The position numbers and the translations under genes were made by a program. Source: Escherichia phage Lw1. Taken from it: a stretch of 64,000 nt of DNA. The notes beneath the pieces are model-generated. The model had not been told where the DNA came from. It did no database searches and worked only from the letters and a program-made list of their open reading frames with translations. Of the stretch, positions 25,192 through 34,250 are shown piece after piece (within the stretch, counting starts at the first letter, position 1; each line of letters starts with the position of its first letter). The DNA lies in the sequence record KC801932, one strand, 5' to 3'.

Positions 25192-26342
25192 TTTAACTCC
25201 ACTGCATAAACATCGGTTTCGGGGGCTTTGTGTACGCGCATATCTTTACCACATACCGCATAAGCCGGACAGTTGCGACAACCGTTATGATCCGTGTTGC
25301 CTGTCAGTTCTTTACGGAACTGTTTTGTTTTCGGGTGTTCCCAGATATCTTTGATAAAATCATCGGCTTCAAGGACATTCAAACCTTCACCCCAGCCACC
25401 TTCAACCCAACGTTCGGTAAACGAGCAAGGGAAGAATTCGCCTTTTTCGTTGATGTAAGAGCTAAACATCGTCGCTTCACAATCTTCCGCATACTGCTTG
25501 TATTGTTCGAAGTTCGGGTGTCCCTCCATCGCTTCAACGAAAGCTGGGGCTGAACAGCTATCGAATCCAAATCCTACACCAGAATCAAGGCAGTATTCAA
25601 CAAGTTTTTTGTATTGTTCGCGGGTGACTGTATCCCAGTTCTTACCACGTCCCTTTTGTTTCAGACCCAGGAACACGATCGCGTTGACTTGTTTCAGGCG
25701 CGGATCATTACGCACAGCATCAACAACGGTAAACGCATCATCATAGGTCTTTGAGCTAACCATGAAATGTAGGTTGATTTGCTGTTGTCCTGCTTCTGCC
25801 AGGTTTGCGACGGAATCGAAAGCAACATCGAAGCCAGCATGTTTATAAACCGATACTGCAACAGCCCCAGCAACCGCCGCTAAACGCGCTGCAACGTCTT
25901 TTGATACATCAGCAATGGTAAGGTTCGGTACAATGCCTTTAGAACGCGCATAGGCCATCATATCGAACATATCAGGGTTTGTTTGTCCCTGTGCATCAGC
26001 ACCGAGTGCGCATTGGGTTAACCAGGGCATTTTATCAATGATGGATTTGAAAGAAGCAAGATCCATATTGTAGCCGTTCGGGTTATTGGACTTGTAACAG
26101 AAACCACACAGCTTACCAGCGGGGCCATTACATTTAGTTGTGATCTCGATATCGAGGATAAAAGGAAAATGACTATAAATAGGATCGTCAGCAGGAGTTT
26201 TGCCCCAAGTCATCATATGACCTGTTTTCATATCAAAATTAAAATTAACCTCTTCGGAACGATAGATTTTCTTTCCTTTCGCTTCCAGTAGAAGTCCAAC
26301 AGGCGTTTTGATATGTTTGGCGTTTACTTTAACGTGTCTCAT
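25188..26342 (-). CDS. Fe-S protein, radical-SAM-like with C-terminal SPASM/twitch-like Cys motif
   Basis: ITTKCNGPAGKLCGFCY (Cx7Cx2C, rSAM-like TxxCN..C.FCY context) and C-terminal CRNCPAYAVC (Cx2Cx5C); start set at MRHVKV with GAGGT RBS. Confidence 0.45.
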   Translation of the reverse strand: MRHVKVNAKHIKTPVGLLLEAKGKKIYRSEEVNFNFDMKTGHMMTWGKTPADDPIYSHFPFILDIEITTKCNGPAGKLCGFCYKSNNPNGYNMDLASFKSIIDKMPWLTQCALGADAQGQTNPDMFDMMAYARSKGIVPNLTIADVSKDVAARLAAVAGAVAVSVYKHAGFDVAFDSVANLAEAGQQQINLHFMVSSKTYDDAFTVVDAVRNDPRLKQVNAIVFLGLKQKGRGKNWDTVTREQYKKLVEYCLDSGVGFGFDSCSAPAFVEAMEGHPNFEQYKQYAEDCEATMFSSYINEKGEFFPCSFTERWVEGGWGEGLNVLEADDFIKDIWEHPKTKQFRKELTGNTDHNGCRNCPAYAVCGKDMRVHKAPETDVYAVELK

Positions 26343-26354
26343 AGGAACCTCATA

Positions 26355-27083
26355 ATGTATTACGTTTACAGAATCACAAATGTTATAGAGAACAAGCACT
26401 ATTATGGATCAAGAAAACCTAAAAAGTCAATGCTTGCTTCCGACGATTTAGGGAAACACTATTTCAGTAGTTCCCGTGATAGTCATTTCATCCAAGATCA
26501 GAAGGAAAATCCAGGACACTACAAATATAAAGTAATCGTATCGGGGTTGTCAAGGGAAAAGGCGATGAAACTTGAGAAAAGGTTACACGAAATCTACAAG
26601 GTGGACACGAACCCACATTTTTATAACAAACACATACACAACAGCGTTGATTTTTCATGTACACCAGAAACAGGAAAGAAGATTTCACAAACACACCAGA
26701 AATATGCAGCAAAGAAAATTTCAGAATCACATAAAAGGCGATTCAAGGAAGGTATAGCATCACATAAAGGAGAGAACAACCCACGATACAACGATCATCG
26801 GTCTTATGAAGAGATACACGGAGAAGAAAAAGCGGAGACTATACGCAAAGCACAATCTGAATCAAGAAGAGGAAAAGGCAATTCCCGCGCGGTTACGTGG
26901 AAATTTACTTCCCCTAATGGAGAAGAATTTTTAGTTGAAGGAGAATGTAAAAAGTTTTGCAAAGACAGAAATATTTCCATGCGTAAACTGAAAACCTATC
27001 TGGGTGAAGTCATCACAACATGCGATAAACCCTACTATATCTCTAAGAATACCGTAGGATGGAAATTAGAAAAGATTATTTGA
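26355..27083 (+). CDS. GIY-YIG homing endonuclease (Seg-like)
   Basis: N-terminal MYYVYRITN...HYYGS (GIY..YIG), basic C-terminal DNA-binding region; lone plus-strand gene among minus-strand genes. Confidence 0.7.
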   Translation: MYYVYRITNVIENKHYYGSRKPKKSMLASDDLGKHYFSSSRDSHFIQDQKENPGHYKYKVIVSGLSREKAMKLEKRLHEIYKVDTNPHFYNKHIHNSVDFSCTPETGKKISQTHQKYAAKKISESHKRRFKEGIASHKGENNPRYNDHRSYEEIHGEEKAETIRKAQSESRRGKGNSRAVTWKFTSPNGEEFLVEGECKKFCKDRNISMRKLKTYLGEVITTCDKPYYISKNTVGWKLEKII

Positions 27084-27330
27084 ATCTTCTTTTACGTTCG
27101 TCAGCCAATTCTTGTTTGTACGTTTTAATGTACTTCCCGTTAAGAATTCGAAGTTGCTGGAAAACTTTGTTGCACAAAGCACGTTTCGCTTTGTATTCTG
27201 GTGTATTGCGGATTGATTCGATCGTCATACCCATTTCGTTTTTAGGGTAAGCGCTCAACTCCCTGCCGATCTCTCTGTACCAGTTGCTTAACTGGTCACG
27301 CTTTGCTTTGTACTCTTCAAAAGTTAACAT
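27076..27330 (-). CDS. hypothetical protein (84 aa)
   Basis: ORF; degenerate PeSL-like hairpin upstream at 27347-27384. Confidence 0.45.
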   Translation of the reverse strand: MLTFEEYKAKRDQLSNWYREIGRELSAYPKNEMGMTIESIRNTPEYKAKRALCNKVFQQLRILNGKYIKTYKQELADERKRRFK

Positions 27331-27481
27331 AACAATCTCCGGTTTAGTTTCTATGTGTGTAAGGTATCATTACCATACACACAAAGCAAGCTATATTTTC
27401 AAAATTAATCGGAATAATACAAAACAGAACACAGCAGAAAACACCCAACATACAACGAAGAACAACGCGATTCTTTTCAAA

Positions 27482-27634
27482 TCATTCAAGGAATCTTCCA
27501 AAATCGGTTGCAACATCTTTCGGATCTGCTTCAAGTTCATACAGTTCACGAGCTAACGAACTTGGTTTGATATCACGCCCTAAATGGGCACTAACGGCAC
27601 TTAACCACTTAATGTAAGGATCGAACTTGCTCAT
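27482..27634 (-). CDS. hypothetical small protein (50 aa; start at MSKFDP)
   Basis: shortened from ORF-track call to avoid overlap with upstream gene. Confidence 0.3.
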   Translation of the reverse strand: MSKFDPYIKWLSAVSAHLGRDIKPSSLARELYELEADPKDVATDFGRFLE

Positions 27635-27644
27635 GGTATGCCTT

Positions 27645-27896
27645 TTATTTGATGCGTACTGCGTTGAAAGCCTGGTTACGAAGTTCGAAAGCCTGTTCAA
27701 GCTGTTCCGTGGTGAACAGAGGGCTGTCAGTGTTCGTAGTGAAACTGCAAATCGTTTTGCTGTCTGCGTTGACTTCTTCAACAACGATATCATAACCCCA
27801 GATCCCGCTAAGTTCGCACTTCACATTCCGGTACTTGATGTATACCGCAACAACATCTTCTTTCTTATAATTCCGGCTTTTGTAGATGATTTCCAT
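27645..27896 (-). CDS. hypothetical protein (83 aa)
   Basis: GGAGGA RBS; PeSL cassette 3 upstream. Confidence 0.5.
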   Translation of the reverse strand: MEIIYKSRNYKKEDVVAVYIKYRNVKCELSGIWGYDIVVEEVNADSKTICSFTTNTDSPLFTTEQLEQAFELRNQAFNAVRIK

Positions 27897-27908
27897 GATA
27901 TCCTCCTT

Positions 27909-27960
27909 CGTTTCGATGTGTGTAATATAACAGATCAGGGTTATCGAGTTTTAGCAATTC
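27909..27960 (-). promoter_or_regulatory. PeSL-like cassette 3
   Basis: cgtttcgatgtgtgtaatataac core (TGTTATATT on minus strand); weaker hairpin. Confidence 0.5.
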
Positions 27961-27967
27961 GTGCTAA

Positions 27968-28246
27968 TTATGCCATTTTCTTAGCGATTTTCCAGGCGGC
28001 TTTGAACGCTGGAACGTCTTCAATCTCAACCCAGAAACCAGATCCGAAACCATCATTGTAGCAAGGACAACCGTCGCAGTAGTTTTCCCAGGTCATCACT
28101 TCACCACCAACAGAAGCACCAGTTTCCATAGCGCGTAACGCATCTTCAACTTTTTCCAGTTTTTCGGCGTTGTCGTCGTAAATGGTGAAGTACCATTTGC
28201 CGTTGTATTCGTTACCCAGTTTGATTGCTTCGCGAACAAGTTTCAT
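27968..28246 (-). CDS. hypothetical protein (92 aa; start at MKLVRE)
   Basis: AAGGAAA RBS; ORF-track extension begins at a TTG inside the cassette. Confidence 0.5.
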   Translation of the reverse strand: MKLVREAIKLGNEYNGKWYFTIYDDNAEKLEKVEDALRAMETGASVGGEVMTWENYCDGCPCYNDGFGSGFWVEIEDVPAFKAAWKIAKKMA

Positions 28247-28269
28247 GATGATTTCCTTTTTGTCTGTTT

Positions 28270-28327
28270 CGTTTCGATGTGTGTAATATAACAAAACCCC
28301 TCACCATAGGCAAGGGGTTTCTTTAAC
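28270..28327 (-). promoter_or_regulatory. PeSL-like cassette 4
   Basis: core identical to cassette 3 plus hairpin aacccctcaccataggcaaggggtt. Confidence 0.6.
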
Positions 28328-28335
28328 AAAACGTG

Positions 28336-28584
28336 CTATTTTGTTTCTTCGAGGATTCGAAGGATTTCGGCGCGGGGGATCGGATGTTTTGCCAGCTCAC
28401 GGATCGCATGATCAAGATGCGTTTTACACATCAAGAATTCTTTCCCGCATTTGTGGCATGTCGCATACATATCACCATGTATACGGTCGATTCCATCCAT
28501 CACATAATACTTCATAAAGACGTAAGGTGTTCCACCATTCCAGCCCCGCGCAACGTGATTACACTCTCGATTGAACCATGACAT
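28336..28584 (-). CDS. hypothetical protein (82 aa, Cys/His-rich)
   Basis: ORF. Confidence 0.45.
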   Translation of the reverse strand: MSWFNRECNHVARGWNGGTPYVFMKYYVMDGIDRIHGDMYATCHKCGKEFLMCKTHLDHAIRELAKHPIPRAEILRILEETK

Positions 28585-29186
28585 CAGTAATACCCTGGAT
28601 CTTTGAAGTGTGCTTTCATGTATCGCAGAATTTCATGAAGCATCTGGATTTGCTCATGTCCACGTTGTGAAGACATATCGATCATGACGCGAGTCATTTC
28701 GACGTTCTCCAGGCTTGATATACGCTGTTTTAAGGCGTTGTTTTCCTCTTCCAACTCAACCATACGGTCATATGCTTTGATACGCTCCAGAGGCATATCA
28801 GGGCGCTGTTTGAGGACACGGGCGCGGGACACTTCGCATTCGTGATTTGCTTTCCAGTGATCACGTTCACTAGCAATTTTATCGTTCTCCTGGTGTAGAC
28901 GTACAATCTCTTTAAGGAGGCGTTCAGTGGTATCGGGATCAAACGAAACCATGTATTGCATCAGGGATTGCAACCACAGATCCTCTAGCACCGACTGTAA
29001 CGCTTTAGGCCCAATAATGGTAAACGCGCGTTTCTTCATGTTGCTACCGAAACCGTAGTTAACGTTACCCGTAATCGAACCTGGTTGATTCGTACCATCC
29101 CACTTGTCACCGATAACAGGTTTTACTTGCTGAATAGCACGATTCAGTATTTCTAATTCTTCATCTAAAATCATTTCATATCCCAT
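28584..29186 (-). CDS. hypothetical coiled-coil protein (200 aa)
   Basis: ORF. Confidence 0.45.
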   Translation of the reverse strand: MGYEMILDEELEILNRAIQQVKPVIGDKWDGTNQPGSITGNVNYGFGSNMKKRAFTIIGPKALQSVLEDLWLQSLMQYMVSFDPDTTERLLKEIVRLHQENDKIASERDHWKANHECEVSRARVLKQRPDMPLERIKAYDRMVELEEENNALKQRISSLENVEMTRVMIDMSSQRGHEQIQMLHEILRYMKAHFKDPGYY

Positions 29187-29575
29187 AATTCATATTGTGA
29201 GCGAAGGATAGCGTAAAGGCTACCGATATGGATCGTGTCTACCGGACACTGGAACAGATCCCCGCGCATCATGTTAAACTCGATATCGTTACGTTCAACA
29301 TAGTTGCCGATCATTGATGTCCAGCCCATCACCAGGTTGTAACCATCTTCCGATAACCCATAAGCCAACTTAACCAAGATGCATCGCTTATCAGCCAGTT
29401 CTACGCGCATATGGGTACTGGTATGGGTGACCTTGTTCGGGAATCTGCGAAACATTTTAGTAAGGAGTTTTGCGGTTTCAATATTGAACGCCAGTTCTTG
29501 ATCCTTACTGGTCTGGTTATCATGACGACGATCCAGATATTTCTTCATTTTCGGATTCAGATTCACATGTTGCAT
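29171..29575 (-). CDS. hypothetical protein (134 aa)
   Basis: ORF. Confidence 0.45.
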   Translation of the reverse strand: MQHVNLNPKMKKYLDRRHDNQTSKDQELAFNIETAKLLTKMFRRFPNKVTHTSTHMRVELADKRCILVKLAYGLSEDGYNLVMGWTSMIGNYVERNDIEFNMMRGDLFQCPVDTIHIGSLYAILRSQYELWDMK

Positions 29576-29784
29576 AATATATCCCTCACAGGTTTATAAC
29601 GTTCTTTTCCAGTGCCGTTGCATGAACTGCATTTTGGCGATCCGTGGTTATCATATCGCCCCGAACCATTACATGCAACACATTTCCGTAATTTCCAGCC
29701 ATACACGAACCGCATGTAATAATCGGTTCGTGCTGCCTTGCGCTCATGGAAGTTCATACTTTGTTGTAAACCTGAACAACCCAC
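29563..29784 (-). CDS. small zinc-finger protein (CVACNGSG ... CSSCNGTG, DnaJ-like CxxCxGxG repeats)
   Basis: two CxxCxGxG motifs; start position uncertain. Confidence 0.4.
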   Translation of the reverse strand: MGCSGLQQSMNFHERKAARTDYYMRFVYGWKLRKCVACNGSGRYDNHGSPKCSSCNGTGKERYKPVRDILCNM

Positions 29785-29957
29785 ATTTCGATGTTCGGCG
29801 CGTAAGTAACGTTTACCATCGGCATAGTGCGGTATTTGTAAGCGGCTTTGTACGCATCGAGTTCAGTTGGAACACAGAAAGAGAAACCGTTGTCATAACG
29901 TTCTGCGTTAGAAACTTCATAACCAACTACAGCAGCAATATTTTTGTTCATGTTCAT
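29754..29957 (-). CDS. hypothetical protein (67 aa; start at MNMNKN)
   Basis: AAAGGAAAAC RBS; PeSL cassette 5 upstream. Confidence 0.5.
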   Translation of the reverse strand: MNMNKNIAAVVGYEVSNAERYDNGFSFCVPTELDAYKAAYKYRTMPMVNVTYAPNIEMWVVQVYNKV

Positions 29958-29978
29958 GATGTTTTCCTTTCTGTGTTT

Positions 29979-30034
29979 CGTTTCGATGTGTGTAATATAC
30001 AAAAAAGCCCCTGCATTGCAAGAGGCTTTTGAAT
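29979..30034 (-). promoter_or_regulatory. PeSL-like cassette 5
   Basis: core cgtttcgatgtgtgtaatatac plus hairpin agcccctgcattgcaagaggct. Confidence 0.6.
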
Positions 30035-30993
30035 TATTTTGGCAATTTTTTGATTAATGCTTGTAAGTCGTTGATTTTAGAAAACAGTTCATCGCTATAT
30101 CGCATCAATTCCTGTCTGCGTTTCGCAGCCCATGAAACCAATGTTTTTGCATCATCAACACCATAAGTGTATCCATCAGCGGATAGACGAATGATCGCAC
30201 GAGAACCGTAGTCAGCATTTGCATGTTCGATTAAAAACTTCACCGCTTCGAGAAGTTCGGAATCTTCCTTACTGACTAGAACACCGTTATCATCAGGAAA
30301 TTCGTTTTCATCATGAACACTTGCAAAATCAAGGTCGATATAATCATCCTGATTCACCTGGCGGCGCGTGTTGTCTTCGAGACTTTCAATCTGTGAAACC
30401 ATAGTTTCGACCGGATCTCTTTCAATTGGTTCTCTGTCGGTTCCTACTTCTTCCAGGAACATCAACAACCAACCAGGGATCAACGAATCAAAAGAACGCT
30501 GAATATGGCTTGCATGGTCACTACCCAGTATTTTCAACGCACAACCGTCTTTAGTAGCGGTATGGATATAGATAACATTACGGTCACGCATACGGCGGCT
30601 ACCATGAGAAAGATAGCGACGTAGCGAAGTGTTATGTCCATAGCGTCCCAGATCCAGGTTACACAGGGAATCAATAGCCCCACGGTTAGCAATCCGGTAG
30701 CGCGTACCAGTTTCAAATCGCAACTTTTCGGTAGTCACTGGTGTGAATTCTTCGTAAAGAATGTAATATTCTTTCGGGATCTCGCGATCAAGAACTCTCA
30801 ATACACCATTCTCCGAAGGAGTGAGCACAGAACGAACATTACCGTTCGCATCGCAATGTACCTGCATGACTTGAGGATAATAGAACCCTTTAGCCTTTAG
30901 GGTGTATTCATGCAAACGACTCAAGCGCTTTCTGTAGTACCATTTACCAGTAACAAACGGGGTTGCAGATCCTGCTAAACTAATTGGTTTCAT
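30034..30993 (-). CDS. hypothetical protein (319 aa), co-transcribed with DUF262 gene
   Basis: ATGA overlap with upstream DUF262 ORF; no motif recognised. Confidence 0.5.
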   Translation of the reverse strand: MKPISLAGSATPFVTGKWYYRKRLSRLHEYTLKAKGFYYPQVMQVHCDANGNVRSVLTPSENGVLRVLDREIPKEYYILYEEFTPVTTEKLRFETGTRYRIANRGAIDSLCNLDLGRYGHNTSLRRYLSHGSRRMRDRNVIYIHTATKDGCALKILGSDHASHIQRSFDSLIPGWLLMFLEEVGTDREPIERDPVETMVSQIESLEDNTRRQVNQDDYIDLDFASVHDENEFPDDNGVLVSKEDSELLEAVKFLIEHANADYGSRAIIRLSADGYTYGVDDAKTLVSWAAKRRQELMRYSDELFSKINDLQALIKKLPK

Positions 30994-31523
30994 TTTGTGG
31001 CCTTATACATTTCAATTACGCGTTTCATGTGCTCTTGTGATTGAGGCACACCAGCGAAGTTCAATTTAATGAAGAATTCAAGACGATCCTTTTTGGTGCA
31101 TTCATCCAGCCCCAGGGCAGGTAATGACAAGTTTTCAAAGGCTCGTTGTTCATGTCGTTGCATATCATCCCAGAACAGACGGGAACCATCCGGCATAGGA
31201 ATCCCAATCTCACCCTCATAGACTTTGATGATAGTCGTCAGGCGTTGTTTCCCGTCGATTACTTCTACCCAATGGGATTCATTGAATTCACTATCAACGG
31301 CAATCGCGATAATACCACATGGGAAACCAGTGATCAACGTAGTCAGGAATTCATCTTGTTCTTTCTGCGTCCACACGTAGGGGCGCTGATACGATGGATT
31401 CAGATCCAGATCCTTATTTTTCCACCAGTGAATATAACTTCCAACCATGATCGCATGTTCACGACTTTTGAAAGTTATCCGTTCACGAATTCGGTTACGG
31501 GCTGGGATATCATCTTTAGACAT
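30990..31523 (-). CDS. DUF262 (ParB/Srx-like, GmrS N-terminal-type) domain protein
   Basis: NPSYQRPYVWTQ ... VIDGKQRLTT resembles the DUF262 QR-x-yvW and DGQQR motifs. Confidence 0.5.
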   Translation of the reverse strand: MSKDDIPARNRIRERITFKSREHAIMVGSYIHWWKNKDLDLNPSYQRPYVWTQKEQDEFLTTLITGFPCGIIAIAVDSEFNESHWVEVIDGKQRLTTIIKVYEGEIGIPMPDGSRLFWDDMQRHEQRAFENLSLPALGLDECTKKDRLEFFIKLNFAGVPQSQEHMKRVIEMYKATK

Positions 31524-31845
31524 TATGGATCACCCACAGCAATAAACAAGAATTGATAACCGCGAAAGTGGTACAAATTGCAGCAAAAACACGCGCATTA
31601 TGAACATCAGTTTTCAGTTCTGCGATCTCTTGATCCTTTTCGCTTTCGAATTCGTCGCGGGTTCCATAGTAACCAGGATCAGCAGGGGTAGCAATACGCA
31701 CAGCATCTTTTTCTACAATAGTCGCATAACCATTGTTTACATTTGTTGCACCGTACCAATCACCACGGTCATTGTTAATGATCAGGTGTTGTCCCTTTTC
31801 ATTGTGCTTTGCTTCACCAGTGACAACTACACGTTTACCGTTCAT
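31516..31845 (-). CDS. hypothetical protein with C-terminal TM helix (109 aa)
   Basis: ORF. Confidence 0.45.
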   Translation of the reverse strand: MNGKRVVVTGEAKHNEKGQHLIINNDRGDWYGATNVNNGYATIVEKDAVRIATPADPGYYGTRDEFESEKDQEIAELKTDVHNARVFAAICTTFAVINSCLLLWVIHNV

Positions 31846-31848
31846 AAT

Positions 31849-32109
31849 TTATTCCTTCACATGTTGTAACAGGAAGTCTAACAGCTTTCCTTCCTCTTGC
31901 ATAGCATAAACTTTATTAAGTTTTGCGATGTTTTGAAAATCAGTGGTGTCGGCATATTCCCAGACACCATCATCAGAAACAATAGCACCCACTGATAAAC
32001 CAGTTTCGGGGTTGCGAGTTAACGCCAGCCCCAGCGGGTGCAATATTTCTTTGTTGATTTTCCAGATCAGCCCCATATCGGACAGGGTGTTGAAATCAAC
32101 AATTTTCAT
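31849..32109 (-). CDS. hypothetical protein (86 aa; start at MKIVDF)
   Basis: shortened to avoid overlap with upstream gene. Confidence 0.4.
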   Translation of the reverse strand: MKIVDFNTLSDMGLIWKINKEILHPLGLALTRNPETGLSVGAIVSDDGVWEYADTTDFQNIAKLNKVYAMQEEGKLLDFLLQHVKE

Positions 32110-32110
32110 G

Positions 32111-32497
32111 TTATGCCTTTGGGACAACACCGAATGCCAGAAGACCCATACGATGATCGTTATCTGCCTCTTCACGGAAGAAATAGTATTGTTCATCGGA
32201 AATATCGATTACGGTGATACCCTCTTTCAGATACGGCAACAGATATAACGGGATCAGCATCAAATCAGATTCACTGCTCCATTTACGGAAACCCAGATTT
32301 TCCATTTCTTCCCGCGTCAAATCATTAGGATCTACCGGAAAGAAATTAGGCGATTTCATCAGGCGACCAGGAAGGTCACGAATATTGCTGATTGCGAATT
32401 CCGTTCCCCATGAAGTGTATTCAATAGGTTCGGCGGCACGGGTTGCGGTAGCAACGAGAATCATTTGGCACAGTTGAAAAGTATTTGGATTGCTCAT
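32111..32497 (-). CDS. hypothetical protein (128 aa)
   Basis: ORF. Confidence 0.45.
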   Translation of the reverse strand: MSNPNTFQLCQMILVATATRAAEPIEYTSWGTEFAISNIRDLPGRLMKSPNFFPVDPNDLTREEMENLGFRKWSSESDLMLIPLYLLPYLKEGITVIDISDEQYYFFREEADNDHRMGLLAFGVVPKA

Positions 32498-32907
32498 GAT
32501 ATAGATCCCACAAGTTTAGTCAGAAGGTGTCCCATAGTCTTACGCGCATGATCGCGGATTTCGCTATAAGGAACATATTTGAAACCATCCATTTCTGTTA
32601 TAGTTCGACCATTCTTAACGAAGGTTGACGCACAGAAACATTTTTCGGCTTCGGGGTAAGTATCGCCTTTGTAGACAAACAATGCAAGTTTTTTCTTGTT
32701 TGTATAGTCCAAAACACCCAGGCTGATCAGTTGGTCGGGGAACACTTCAAAGCCAGTTTCTTCGAAGCATTCACGAATAGCAGCATCAATATGGGCTTCG
32801 CCTTTTTCAACATGCCCCTTTGGGATATCCCAGTGGGGCGTTTCGGTAGCGTGACCCATTAGAATGCTGCCGTTATTCAGAAAGAGAATACCAGCAGACA
32901 ATTCCAT
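32494..32907 (-). CDS. Nudix hydrolase (NudE-like)
   Basis: Nudix box GHVEKGEAHIDAAIRECFEETG; start set at MELSAG. Confidence 0.8.
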   Translation of the reverse strand: MELSAGILFLNNGSILMGHATETPHWDIPKGHVEKGEAHIDAAIRECFEETGFEVFPDQLISLGVLDYTNKKKLALFVYKGDTYPEAEKCFCASTFVKNGRTITEMDGFKYVPYSEIRDHARKTMGHLLTKLVGSIS

Positions 32908-32908
32908 G

Positions 32909-33136
32909 TTATACCCCTTTAGAGGTAAACTGTGCGTCGTATGCTGCAAGTGCATTATCTGCACGTTTTTTCGCTTCGGTATGCCCACGACTATCATTGA
33001 TAGCACGACGATACATTTCGACCCAGAATACGCGACGTGTATCTTCGTTCGCTTCAAACAGTTTAATATCGCGGTATACGTTTTGCTCTTTGATCATTTG
33101 AGCAAGTTGCAGGTCATGTTCGGTTTGGAAAGTCAT
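32909..33136 (-). CDS. hypothetical protein (75 aa)
   Basis: ORF. Confidence 0.45.
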   Translation of the reverse strand: MTFQTEHDLQLAQMIKEQNVYRDIKLFEANEDTRRVFWVEMYRRAINDSRGHTEAKKRADNALAAYDAQFTSKGV

Positions 33137-33387
33137 AATTCACCCATTTCTTTCAGTTCAGTTTTGAGTTTTTCGAGCGTAGATTGATATTGAATGCCTT
33201 TCATGTTTGACAGACGGCTATAATACAATGTACGCGTTTCGTTAATTTCTGCCAACACTTCTTGATCTAACTTAGAAGAATCAGCACCGAATGCCATATG
33301 AAACAGCGCTTCGGCTGTAGGGGCAAACCCATGTTGAAAGGCTATACCCAGTTTTGGTTCAAATTGCATCAGGGAAACATTAGCCAT
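33133..33387 (-). CDS. hypothetical protein (84 aa; start at MANVSL)
   Basis: shortened from ORF-track call. Confidence 0.4.
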   Translation of the reverse strand: MANVSLMQFEPKLGIAFQHGFAPTAEALFHMAFGADSSKLDQEVLAEINETRTLYYSRLSNMKGIQYQSTLEKLKTELKEMGEL

Positions 33388-33673
33388 AATATTCTTCGTA
33401 GTCCTCGCAATCTGGGAGATACGTTTCGCAGAACATGCACAACGTGAAGAAAGTAGGCTGGCGAATCCCTGGATTATCAGGTAGATACATCCAGAACGTG
33501 TTAGCAAACACGATGAAGGTTTTCAGGTTTTCAACGGTTACTTCGCTGATACCATCATAACCGGATTGAGCAATAGCGCGTTCCAGGGGAACATGGTATT
33601 GCTGGCAGTAGTCGGCGTAATGTTCACTCAATACCATTGAGTTAGCCGCTTTTACGAGATCGATAATTTTCAT
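33380..33673 (-). CDS. hypothetical protein (97 aa)
   Basis: ORF. Confidence 0.45.
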   Translation of the reverse strand: MKIIDLVKAANSMVLSEHYADYCQQYHVPLERAIAQSGYDGISEVTVENLKTFIVFANTFWMYLPDNPGIRQPTFFTLCMFCETYLPDCEDYEEYYG

Positions 33674-34008
33674 GCTTTTACATATTCCACTTTAACAGGT
33701 TTGGCGATAAGGTGATCTTTGGTGTAACCTTGTCCGTCGCAAACATCACAAACGATTTTGAAATCTTCCATTTGGTCGACCCATCCATAATCAGGCAATC
33801 CAGAAGGGTACGTGTTGAAGGTTTTAACACTGTATCCTTTCCCATCACACTTAGGGCATTTATACGGGTATTTCGATTTGATCGCACTATACAATTGACC
33901 CAATGTGGTCGAATGATCAAAGTGTATAACAAATGCTTCAATGTCAGCAATACGCAGTTCGTTTGGCTTGATCACAGTAAACACATTTGAAGGTATGTTT
34001 GAGCGCAT
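33670..34008 (-). CDS. zinc-finger protein (CPKCDGKG ... CDVCDGQG)
   Basis: two CxxCxGxG motifs; start set at MRSNIP. Confidence 0.45.
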   Translation of the reverse strand: MRSNIPSNVFTVIKPNELRIADIEAFVIHFDHSTTLGQLYSAIKSKYPYKCPKCDGKGYSVKTFNTYPSGLPDYGWVDQMEDFKIVCDVCDGQGYTKDHLIAKPVKVEYVKA

Positions 34009-34250
34009 AATATATTTCTCACTTAAAGAATTTTTTGATGAAAGAGAGGAACAATCCACCACCGAACATGATCCAGTATCCCGCGCCGTCACCGTGAAAC
34101 AGGACGTAAACCGCGACACCATAACAAAAGATTTCTGCAATATTCAGTAAGTTTCTCATAATCCCCTCCCTTTTCTCTACACCAGGTATTTTACCAGAAA
34201 ATAGACTACTGTCAACAACAAAGTTTTATCAACGATACGATCACCAGTCA

